Below are positions 45,735 through 54,204 of a stretch of DNA of 64,000 nucleotides, piece after piece. The stretch is from a virus (lineage: Duplodnaviria > Caudoviricetes), in IMG/VR virus record IMGVR_UViG_3300017700_000552, positions 354 to 64,353 of that record. The stretch is one strand, 5' to 3'. The position numbers and the translations under genes are program-made. Under the pieces are notes generated by a model. That model made no database searches, had not been told where the DNA came from, and worked only from the letters and a program-made list of their open reading frames with translations. The number at the start of each line of letters is the position of its first letter. Position 1 is the first letter of the stretch.

Positions 45735-48700
45735 GGCTTCCGGTACCTTTTCCCGTCAGAACCGATGAATTCGGCCCCTGATTTCAGGGCATCATATTCC
45801 GATTTGCTGCTCACGGTAGCCAAACCGGCCGCGCTCGGCTTCGCGCCCGTTTTCTCCCCGCCGCGCTCACCATCCGCGCCCTCATGGCCCAACACGCGAT
45901 CCAGCGTCTTGCGCGCTTTCGGCGACAGCAGTTCCGGCGCCTCGCGCTGCGTACCCATGCCGCGATTGTAGGCGTCACCCACCGACTCAATGCGCGATCG
46001 CAGCAGTTCGGTGGCCTGTTTGACCGCAGCTTTTAGCGCCGCCGGGGAATCACTCTGGTCGATCGCCGCTTCCCACGCTTTGATGTCGTGCACGTTGCCG
46101 CCACTGCCACGGAACGCCCGCGTCAATTCGTCGGAAACCGCCGTCCGCGCCGTCTGGAAATCCTTCTGCGCGGCAGCGTATTTTGTGTTGCCACCAGCGA
46201 CCGCGGCCTTGCCGCTGATCGAATTCCACCACGGATAATCGCTGTTGCCGAGCTTATCGACCGCCTTGTCCAGCGTGTCGAGATGCCCGAGCGTCGTGTT
46301 GAACGACGACAGGTTCTGCGCCGATTTGCCGGAGGTGAAGTCCTTCCGCGTGGCATATCGGGATGCATAATTTGACTGCGAGAACGTCGGCTCATACTGC
46401 GCCGCCGCGGCCAGCAGCCGTTCACGGTGCCCACCCTTGGACGACAGGGACTTAGGATCAATGTCGTAATTGGCAATTTTCTTTACCAATTCGCGCTCAC
46501 CTTCCGGCCGCGTCGCCAAGAATTCGTCGCCGGACAACCCCGCGCTGGATTCGGCCGCACCAACCGCTTCCGCCACCGGCTTGCCCGAGATCGGATCCGT
46601 GTAGCTGCCGTCCGCGTTCTTGACGCCGTAGATGCCCTGCCCATTGGAATAGCCCAGCAGAACCGGCTTGCTCTTGTCGCTGATTTCCGTCTCTGCGCGG
46701 AGCTGCGCTAGGTACGCCGGGTTCGGCATCATGCCGCCCTTGCCGTTCGGGATCAGCTTGGCCATCGCCGCGCTGCGGCGCGCCTCGTCCGCGGCCAAGC
46801 CAACGCGCTGCCCCTCGTAACCAAGCCGCGTCTGATCGTTGGCCATTTTCGCGGCATCCATCGCCGCGTCGCGCTCCGCTTTCTGCGATCCCGCATAGGC
46901 GTTCATACCGGCCAGACCGCCCTCCCCAATCGCATTACCAACATTCGGAGAGCGCGACGCCATCATGGCGAGACCCGCCGTAACCAGCGCCGTCTTGGCG
47001 TGGTCGGACAGATGCGGCATCAGGCCCTGCGCCTTCTCAAACAGGCCACCAAAGCCCGCCTGCGGCTCCGGCGCCGCCGTCTCCGGGCGCTCGTATTGCG
47101 TACCGGCGCCGACAATGCCCGGCCGGGCGACGGGGGCCGCCATCGGCGCGGCATCCGTAACCACACCCAGCCCACGGCGCGGCGCCGCGCGATCGAACGC
47201 CATCACGTTCGAGGGCATATCGTCACCGGCAGAACCAGTGATCGCGGCCGGCAACGCCATGTCGTTCCCAGCAAAGTTCGCCGCCGCCCGCGCTTCCGTC
47301 ATGGGAGGCTCGCCGGCGGCATATACGCCACCCGTCCGAATTGGCTCCAGATCAACAGGCCGCTCTCGCGGCACAGGCACCGTCTCGCCGCGCGCCAGCA
47401 GGCCAGGCGGCGCAAACGCTGTATAATTCGCACCAACCGGATCGAAGTCGCCGTTAGACACAGCTTCCATCACAGCGTCCATGCGATCGGCGAACGCGCT
47501 GCCACCGCTGGCATAACCGCGCAGCCGCGGCGCAACCCCGCGCCGGCGCACCGCGCCGCCCGCCGCAAACATCGCAGGCATGCCGCCAAACCCGGCGCTC
47601 GGCTGCACATTACCGAAGATCGGGAACTGCACACCGCCCATCATGCCGGACGACGCGCCAGCGACCGCCGACGTCTGCCCCGTCTGAGGAAGGTTCATGC
47701 CGTCCACCAGCTTATTGATCGCGGATCCGGCCGCCTTGAAGTCGGTGGGCTTATCCTCCGGCGCACGCGCGGTGGGGATCCCCACACCGGCACCATGCTT
47801 GGTCTCGATCTGGGGGATGAAGCTCATGCCGCCGTAGGGCATCACACCGCCGCCGGCCGCGCGCCGCACTTCCGCATCGCGCGTGGCCGCCTTGTAATCC
47901 ACCGTCTTGACGCCGCCGCTCACCCCGACCGCCTCCGGATGGTCGCCTTCGACCTCCTGCGCAATCAGACCCATATGCGTCTGCGGCAGGCCCTTGTACC
48001 GATAGGTGTAGACCTTCTGGCCATCATGGGTCTCGCCGACCTCCTTGATGTCCTCTTTCACCCGCTCGTCCGAAAACAGGCCGGCCGCCATCGTACCCGC
48101 ACCAATGATCTGGTTGAACGGATTTGGCGCCGGCCCCGTGGTGGAAGACGTACCACCTGACAACGAACCCAGCCCGGACTGAATGCCCGACAGCCATTGC
48201 GTCTGTGCATAGGGAAACGACTGCTGCGCCTGCCACTGCTGGTAGGCCGCCGACAACCCGGCCTGATCCGTCGCCTGTTGCAACGCGCCTGAGGCAAGTT
48301 GCCCTTGGCCCTGGTTAAGGTACAGACTACCGTAACCTTGGCCCATGCCGGCTTCCGTGCCGGCCAAGCTACCAAACTGGCTTCCTGCGCTCAGATAATT
48401 TGAACCGACGCCCGCATAAGCCTGACCAATCTGTGCAGCTTGAGCGGCTTTCTGAAGCGCACTAGCTCGATCAGCCTGCGCCGCCGACAGCTTGACGCCC
48501 TGCTGATTGTTGAATTCGCCAAGCGCCTGCGAATAGTTCTGATTCCACAGCCCCGCAATCGTCTGATCCGACGACATCGACTGCCCGCGCGCCAGTTCGG
48601 CCTGCGCAAGCCCCATTCGATCACCGCCAAACGCATTCCCCGACTTGATACCGTTCGATGTCAGACCCGCGGCCTGAATCGAGTTATTCCGGTTGATGTT

Positions 48701-49117
48701 CGCCATCGTGGTATCGATGACGTTCTGCGTATAGGGATTCATGTACTGCTCGACAGCAGCACCCGAGAATTTCTCCGGCGTAATCGATCCCGGCACATTC
48801 GCCGTCAAGTTGCTGGCATTGCTAAGCATCGCCCCAGCGTCGGAAAAATAACCCTGCCCAACGCTTGTGGACTGCAGCCCCAGGTTCATCGCGCCGGCGG
48901 CCTGCCGATAGTACGGCGTAGCCGCATCAACCGCCGAATTGATCGACTGAGATGCACGGGCCTGATCGCCCGAAACTCCGGCCGTGAGCTGCCCGCCATA
49001 CGGATCATAGGCCTCCTGCGCAACATTGTTCGCACGCTCCATGACCTGCCGATAGGCAGCCATAATCTCCGGCGGCGGAGCGCTAGTCGTCGTGGTTGTC
49101 GGTGCTGATTTGCCCAT
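45731..49117 (-). CDS. Ejection/DNA-pilot protein with an internal Peptidase_S74-like domain
   Basis: Start MGKSAPTTTT; AVEQYMNPYTQNVI...AFGGDR motif; FSDERVKEDI...YRY...GLIAQEV...VDY at about 47890-48080. Confidence 0.75.
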   Translation of the reverse strand: MGKSAPTTTTTSAPPPEIMAAYRQVMERANNVAQEAYDPYGGQLTAGVSGDQARASQSINSAVDAATPYYRQAAGAMNLGLQSTSVGQGYFSDAGAMLSNASNLTANVPGSITPEKFSGAAVEQYMNPYTQNVIDTTMANINRNNSIQAAGLTSNGIKSGNAFGGDRMGLAQAELARGQSMSSDQTIAGLWNQNYSQALGEFNNQQGVKLSAAQADRASALQKAAQAAQIGQAYAGVGSNYLSAGSQFGSLAGTEAGMGQGYGSLYLNQGQGQLASGALQQATDQAGLSAAYQQWQAQQSFPYAQTQWLSGIQSGLGSLSGGTSSTTGPAPNPFNQIIGAGTMAAGLFSDERVKEDIKEVGETHDGQKVYTYRYKGLPQTHMGLIAQEVEGDHPEAVGVSGGVKTVDYKAATRDAEVRRAAGGGVMPYGGMSFIPQIETKHGAGVGIPTARAPEDKPTDFKAAGSAINKLVDGMNLPQTGQTSAVAGASSGMMGGVQFPIFGNVQPSAGFGGMPAMFAAGGAVRRRGVAPRLRGYASGGSAFADRMDAVMEAVSNGDFDPVGANYTAFAPPGLLARGETVPVPRERPVDLEPIRTGGVYAAGEPPMTEARAAANFAGNDMALPAAITGSAGDDMPSNVMAFDRAAPRRGLGVVTDAAPMAAPVARPGIVGAGTQYERPETAAPEPQAGFGGLFEKAQGLMPHLSDHAKTALVTAGLAMMASRSPNVGNAIGEGGLAGMNAYAGSQKAERDAAMDAAKMANDQTRLGYEGQRVGLAADEARRSAAMAKLIPNGKGGMMPNPAYLAQLRAETEISDKSKPVLLGYSNGQGIYGVKNADGSYTDPISGKPVAEAVGAAESSAGLSGDEFLATRPEGERELVKKIANYDIDPKSLSSKGGHRERLLAAAAQYEPTFSQSNYASRYATRKDFTSGKSAQNLSSFNTTLGHLDTLDKAVDKLGNSDYPWWNSISGKAAVAGGNTKYAAAQKDFQTARTAVSDELTRAFRGSGGNVHDIKAWEAAIDQSDSPAALKAAVKQATELLRSRIESVGDAYNRGMGTQREAPELLSPKARKTLDRVLGHEGADGERGGEKTGAKPSAAGLATVSSKSEYDALKSGAEFIGSDGKRYRKP

Positions 49118-49649
49118 TATCGCCCCCGGAGCCGTACAAGTCGGGCGCGGCATCAATATTTGCGCGCAGCACCCAATCACCAAACTTGTTCATACCAGAA
49201 TTAAAAGGGGTGTTATGGGTAAAAATGACGCCCGAAGGATACCCGAACCGGCGCCGATAGAGCCGAACCTTGGCTTCCAGCCGCGTTGCCGAGAATATCC
49301 CGGTCACAAGCGGAATGCCGATTGCGTCGGATTTCGACTTTTCAAATTCAATCAGCGCGTCAATTCGCGCCTCGCCATGTCGGTATTCAGGACGGACATA
49401 TATCATCAATTCCTCGAGCAACCATGACCGGCTGTACCAGAGATGGCCCATCGTCAGCATGATAAAGCCCTCAAGCCGACCACCCTCCGGCCCGATCACT
49501 CCAATGATCGCGCCGCGGCGCTCGTAATGCTTGGCCATCACCTCAAACAGCAGATCGTCGTCGTAATCGAGAATGCCATTTTCAGCATGGACCTCGTGCG
49601 CCAGTTCGACCACCTGCGCATAGTCCGATTGCTCTGCCAGCCGGATCAA
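49083..49649 (-). CDS. GNAT-like acyltransferase (virion assembly), paralogue B
   Basis: IRLAEQSD...YVRPEYRH...LYRRRFG. Confidence 0.65.
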   Translation of the reverse strand: MIRLAEQSDYAQVVELAHEVHAENGILDYDDDLLFEVMAKHYERRGAIIGVIGPEGGRLEGFIMLTMGHLWYSRSWLLEELMIYVRPEYRHGEARIDALIEFEKSKSDAIGIPLVTGIFSATRLEAKVRLYRRRFGYPSGVIFTHNTPFNSGMNKFGDWVLRANIDAAPDLYGSGGDNGQISTDNHDD

Positions 49650-50206
49650 TGGCGGTTCGCCCCGTTGCCCTTGTGGCGCCGCGCGCCGCGCAACCCCCGC
49701 GTCTTGGCTGGCAACGCATCATCCCAGAATTCTTTGCCGAGCTGCTCGCCGCCCAGATTGTGATTGAAGCTAAACGTGATCGCCGTAGGGCACCCCATGC
49801 GCCGTCGATAGAGTTGCACTTTGCCCTGCGTTTTCTTGTTGGTGAAAATGGTCGTAACCAACGGGCAGTCCGGACTTGAACAGCGGATTGAAAAGTCGAT
49901 CAGCGCGTCCGCGTGGCCATCCGGCTTGCGAAACTCCGGCCGCACGAACGACATCACCTCGTCCAAGTGCATTTTGCGCGTCCAGAATAGCTTGCTGATT
50001 GCCAGGCACACCATGGCCTCAATGACGCCGCCCGGAGCGCCAATCACCCCGATAATGCCGCCTTGCTGGAACAGCGCCACATCCAGCGCGGCGCTCAGCA
50101 GTTCATCCTCGCAATCCGTGACGCCGTTGTCCGTCATGAACAGTCGGCCCATTTCCATCAACTGCGGCTTGTCGGCCATCGTCGCCGTGCGGACCATAAT
50201 GCTCAT
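49646..50206 (-). CDS. GNAT-like acyltransferase, paralogue A
   Basis: VRTATMAD...FVRPEFRK...LYRRRMG. Confidence 0.65.
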   Translation of the reverse strand: MSIMVRTATMADKPQLMEMGRLFMTDNGVTDCEDELLSAALDVALFQQGGIIGVIGAPGGVIEAMVCLAISKLFWTRKMHLDEVMSFVRPEFRKPDGHADALIDFSIRCSSPDCPLVTTIFTNKKTQGKVQLYRRRMGCPTAITFSFNHNLGGEQLGKEFWDDALPAKTRGLRGARRHKGNGANRH

Positions 50207-50664
50207 CGCTTGGCCGGCCCAGGCAGGCTCTGCAGCGTCTTGATGTGGTGCTTGCGCATCTCGACCATCCATTTGTCCAGAATTTGATGCCCGCGGTTCA
50301 AATCGCCGCTGCCGACCGCAGCCACAATCCGCGGCTCAATCACGTATTCACCGCCGGCGGAGAGGATCGGGATCGGAGCGTCCATCCGGCCGCCAGTCGC
50401 GCGCGCTGGGAGCGGCGGCGCCCCATGCGCGCCCTTCGCATAGGAGCTTTTCGGACCAAACAGTTCTTCGCAGCGTTTGAGACCGGCCACGCTGTTGTTC
50501 TCGCCGAGATGGGAAACAGTGTCGGCGTTGATGACATAGGCCCCGGCCGGCACCTTCATTTCGTGCTTGTCTGTCCGGCCCGGCACCGCCGACATGATCG
50601 GCCCAACATGAACCCCCTTCTCGCGTCGGATCTTGAACGCGGTCTCCAATGCCCGTGACATCAA
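50203..50664 (-). CDS. Virion-associated hypothetical protein with RATGGRM motif
   Basis: PGRTD...GAYVINADTVSHLG...AGGEYVI...GSGDLNRGHQILD. Confidence 0.6.
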   Translation of the reverse strand: MMSRALETAFKIRREKGVHVGPIMSAVPGRTDKHEMKVPAGAYVINADTVSHLGENNSVAGLKRCEELFGPKSSYAKGAHGAPPLPARATGGRMDAPIPILSAGGEYVIEPRIVAAVGSGDLNRGHQILDKWMVEMRKHHIKTLQSLPGPAKR

Positions 50665-51136
50665 CCCGCCCTCATCCGCTCAATTGCCCGCGAAAGGAAA
50701 TCCGCCTGCGCCTTGGATATATAGCACTGCCGCGGGCGCTTGCGAATAAAGTCTGTCAGGCGATCGATCTCCCAAATGACCGCCAAAGCCAGTTCGGAAT
50801 CCCCCTTCATAGCCGACACGAGGTCATCCTGCACAGCATCCTCAGAACCGACGCCATCCACCTTCGTGCGGTACGACTCGCCCAGAAACCGCTGTAGCTC
50901 TGCCTGCGCGCTCATGGTGCCAGCAACGCAATTTTGCCCGTCGTCCCGTCAGGCAGTTGCACCACAAGATATTTTCCCGACGCCCCGCCGGCCGACAGCG
51001 CCACAGCATTCCCTTGCGGAAACACCGCCCCAAGCGTCTCGCTGATTTGATTGATGCCTTGGTTGATACTGTTCATCAGCGCAAGAACTTCCGAACTCGC
51101 GGCGCCGCCCATTGATCCATCGGCCATTTCACTCAC
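50661..51136 (-). other. Two small ORFs (50661-50915, 50912-51136)
   Basis: Coupled ORFs in the virion operon. Confidence 0.55.
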
Positions 51137-51139
51137 TCC

Positions 51140-53152
51140 CTACGGTCGCTTTCCAGAAAAGAACGTCCGAAACATAAAAGCTCCGAACCTTGCGCCAAAA
51201 CCAAGCCGCTCGACCCATTCCAGCCGCATCGCAATAAACCGTCCGCGAATTCTAGGCCGAATGTGGAAATTTTCCATATCCAAGCCATAAGGCCCTTTTT
51301 CAAACGGTTGCTGCTGAGGATAATTCGTCGCCTTCAGCGTAACCATCACCGCACCAGGTTCATCGCCAAACCATTTCATGTCCGGGATAATCTCGTTCAG
51401 GCCGGCTACACCGTCTCCCATCGAGGAGTATCCGGTTTCAGCGTAGACACCGGCCATCGCTACCCCGTCGTCGTCATAGCCGATATCGTGCTGCTGAATG
51501 CGACGGCCCAGATCGCCACCCAACGTCCCGAACACGCTAGAATCAATGAACGACGTCCGCGGAAGCGTCCCGGCATCCCAGAGCATGCCAACATCCGTAA
51601 TCGTGAACTTTACGTATTTGTCGCACTCTCCCGTGCCGCCGCTCTTGCTCGGAAAGAAAAACCATCCCTCGTTGAATGAAGAATCACCACCGGCGTTGAT
51701 TTTGTTGATCTGATCGGTGTCCAGATCATTGAATATGAAGTCCCAAACCGTGCACGGAATAGAACGAACCCCATTCCCGTCATAGGAATAAAATGACTTT
51801 TGCCCCATCCAATAAACCGACGTTCCAAGCACCAATCGAGCTTTAGGCGCGATCAGGCCGCACCCCGTGGCCATCTCAAGGAAGTTGTAGACAAACGGCG
51901 GCCCCGAATACTGCATCAGCCAGACGTCGAGATCGGTCCAGATCAAACCCACGCGCGGCCCCTGGATGCCGCCGACAATCCGTGACCCCTGTGACAAGCG
52001 AAAGCTGCCTGCCTGGTTTGTAACGCTCGCGACCCATGAATTCTGATCGCTCGTGTCAGACCACCGAACGAGAAGCGGATCAAAAATTCCAGCAACCTCA
52101 CACCCAAAAGCAACCACCTGCGCCTGCGGCATCGCCACAAACATCCCGGTCATAATCGACGGCGCGCCCACCACCAGCGCCGCCACAGGCGGAATAGCTT
52201 CGATTGGAGGCGTAAACTGAAACAACGAAGACCCGGAGTAATTCAGAAGGCCGACCTGCCCAAAATTATCAAGAAACCAGTTCTGCGGAGTCGTTGGCTG
52301 TCCCGAAAGAAGAATGCGCAACGGCACAAAAGGCGGTGGATTTAGCGGCAGCGGAGGATTTACAGGATAGCCCTGGATGCTCTCAGCGACATACAGAATC
52401 CCCGGCGTCGTAACCGACATTGTAGAATTGATCGTGAATAGATCAGCAGAAATGACCTGCTGCACAATGTAGTCGCCAATTACCAAACTCTTAAAGGTAT
52501 TGTCATAATTGCCGATGTAGGTCTGCACGCTAAACGTCTGCCCCACTGTGAACCCGTGAGCGGTAAGCATCACCCCCGTTGTCTGATAAAACCCAACAGC
52601 CGCGCCGACGTTCGCGTTCGTGAAAACCGGAATCGCGCCAGCCACGCTATTTAGTGATGGAGCGGGAAGGCTGACAACAAAATGTGTTGCGTCAGTGCGA
52701 CTCAAAATCTTAAAGACGGTGCCTGGAGCATACCTAATTCCACCAAGCGTCAGGTAATACACGATCGAAAAATTCTCGCCGACAATAGCTGGATCGCTCG
52801 TTGTCGTGGTCACGGTAGCCGTGGCATTGCCACCAACCGTAGTAATGGACGAGGCGGTGGTTTCCGTCCGCGAGAACACGAACGTATAAAGTCCCTCTCC
52901 GTCGTAAACTTGGGCGCCGCCATCAGTGCCAAGTAGCAACTGGTTGACCGCGCTCAGATCCTCCCAAGCGTGCATTGCACGAATGAGACCAACCGCCTGC
53001 TCCTGAATCAAGCGGGACCATCCAGCGATCTTCTCAATCGACCCGCCATCGCGCCAACGAATGAGATTTGACGACCACCAGCCACCGCTCGCTTGCACCT
53101 GCGTAAGCTGCGAGTTGACGCCGGGTTTCATCTGGACAGGAGAAAGCGTCAT
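51140..53152 (-). CDS. Tail nozzle / DNA-stabilisation protein
   Basis: Start MTLSPVQMKPG; beta-propeller-like LVRWSD...SFRLSQGSRIV...LIWTD; position typical of podovirus nozzles. Confidence 0.7.
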   Translation of the reverse strand: MTLSPVQMKPGVNSQLTQVQASGGWWSSNLIRWRDGGSIEKIAGWSRLIQEQAVGLIRAMHAWEDLSAVNQLLLGTDGGAQVYDGEGLYTFVFSRTETTASSITTVGGNATATVTTTTSDPAIVGENFSIVYYLTLGGIRYAPGTVFKILSRTDATHFVVSLPAPSLNSVAGAIPVFTNANVGAAVGFYQTTGVMLTAHGFTVGQTFSVQTYIGNYDNTFKSLVIGDYIVQQVISADLFTINSTMSVTTPGILYVAESIQGYPVNPPLPLNPPPFVPLRILLSGQPTTPQNWFLDNFGQVGLLNYSGSSLFQFTPPIEAIPPVAALVVGAPSIMTGMFVAMPQAQVVAFGCEVAGIFDPLLVRWSDTSDQNSWVASVTNQAGSFRLSQGSRIVGGIQGPRVGLIWTDLDVWLMQYSGPPFVYNFLEMATGCGLIAPKARLVLGTSVYWMGQKSFYSYDGNGVRSIPCTVWDFIFNDLDTDQINKINAGGDSSFNEGWFFFPSKSGGTGECDKYVKFTITDVGMLWDAGTLPRTSFIDSSVFGTLGGDLGRRIQQHDIGYDDDGVAMAGVYAETGYSSMGDGVAGLNEIIPDMKWFGDEPGAVMVTLKATNYPQQQPFEKGPYGLDMENFHIRPRIRGRFIAMRLEWVERLGFGARFGAFMFRTFFSGKRP

Positions 53153-53862
53153 CCGTGATCTCGGCTCGTGTTGGCCTGCGGCGTCGGCTGATATGGCGAC
53201 CATGACACAGACGCCGCTTTCTGGCGGATCGTCTCGACGTTGACCCCGGCGAACTGCGTCTGATAGGTCGACTCCCACGACATGGCCGTCTTGGGATCGT
53301 CCGACGCCGCACCAAAGTTCTGCTGATAAGCAAACCCAAAAATAAGCGACGCGGACAGAAACAGGTCCGGCACGTTCAAAGTCAGGAATGTGGAAGCGTT
53401 CGACTCAGACAGCGGCGCGGGCCGCACCGTGCCAACAAACTCAGCCTGATAGGCGGAGTCCGGCGTAGGAGCCACAACCACCTTCGTATTGTCCAGCAAA
53501 CTATAGAATTTCGGAACACTCGGGACAACCGCAGACCCGGTTACAGCGGGCCAGTAATTGTCCATGAAATCGTACCCCACGCGCAGAAGAGGGTTTCGCG
53601 TGCCGGCATCCGGCGCCGTTGCGGCCGGCGTGATCACGTTCATCGACCGCAAGATGATGATAGAATCGGGCATCGTCACATCACGGCTATTGGCGGTCAG
53701 AGGTCCAGTCTGTCGCGTGATTGTGCTGATAAAGTCCAGTTCTCGGTAAATGCGCAGCTCTGCATACTCGATCATCCGAGGCTTGATCTTGATCAGATCA
53801 ACCTCCGTAGACGGCACGTTAAGCATCGTCTCGACGGCCTCACTCCACTGATTATAGTTCAT
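53149..53862 (-). CDS. Head-tail adaptor protein
   Basis: IEYAELRIYREL...VVAPTPDSAY...TFL...PDLFLSASL. Confidence 0.7.
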   Translation of the reverse strand: MNYNQWSEAVETMLNVPSTEVDLIKIKPRMIEYAELRIYRELDFISTITRQTGPLTANSRDVTMPDSIIILRSMNVITPAATAPDAGTRNPLLRVGYDFMDNYWPAVTGSAVVPSVPKFYSLLDNTKVVVAPTPDSAYQAEFVGTVRPAPLSESNASTFLTLNVPDLFLSASLIFGFAYQQNFGAASDDPKTAMSWESTYQTQFAGVNVETIRQKAASVSWSPYQPTPQANTSRDHG

Positions 53863-54176
53863 GAGAACACATCCTGGCAGGGGATCAGCGCGTAGAGCGT
53901 CGGACGCAAACCGAGATTGGTAATCCCGACCACATCAAAAATGTAGATATTGCCGGGCAGCAGGCCACGGATGCGCTGCGAAACGATACGCGCGCTCGTG
54001 ATAAATTCTGCACCGATCACATGCGACGACGGGTCAGGATCCGTGCCTACCTGCACGGTCAAGCTCACGGTGGCGCCAACGATGAAATCTCCAGCCATCA
54101 GATCATTGATGAAATCGATGCTGTAGATGTTGTCGTCGGTTTGGTTCGCGACCGGGAAATCAATATTTGTGTGAAT
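53859..54176 (-). CDS. Small beta-rich virion protein, probably initiating at AUU
   Basis: Frame is open 26 codons upstream of ATG 54098; AGGAGG at 54187-54182 lies 5 nt before an in-frame ATT at 54176. Confidence 0.5.
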   Translation of the reverse strand: MHTNIDFPVANQTDDNIYSIDFINDLMAGDFIVGATVSLTVQVGTDPDPSSHVIGAEFITSARIVSQRIRGLLPGNIYIFDVVGITNLGLRPTLYALIPCQDVFS

Positions 54177-54204
54177 TTTATCCTCCTGCCCAAAGTACGC
54201 GAGA

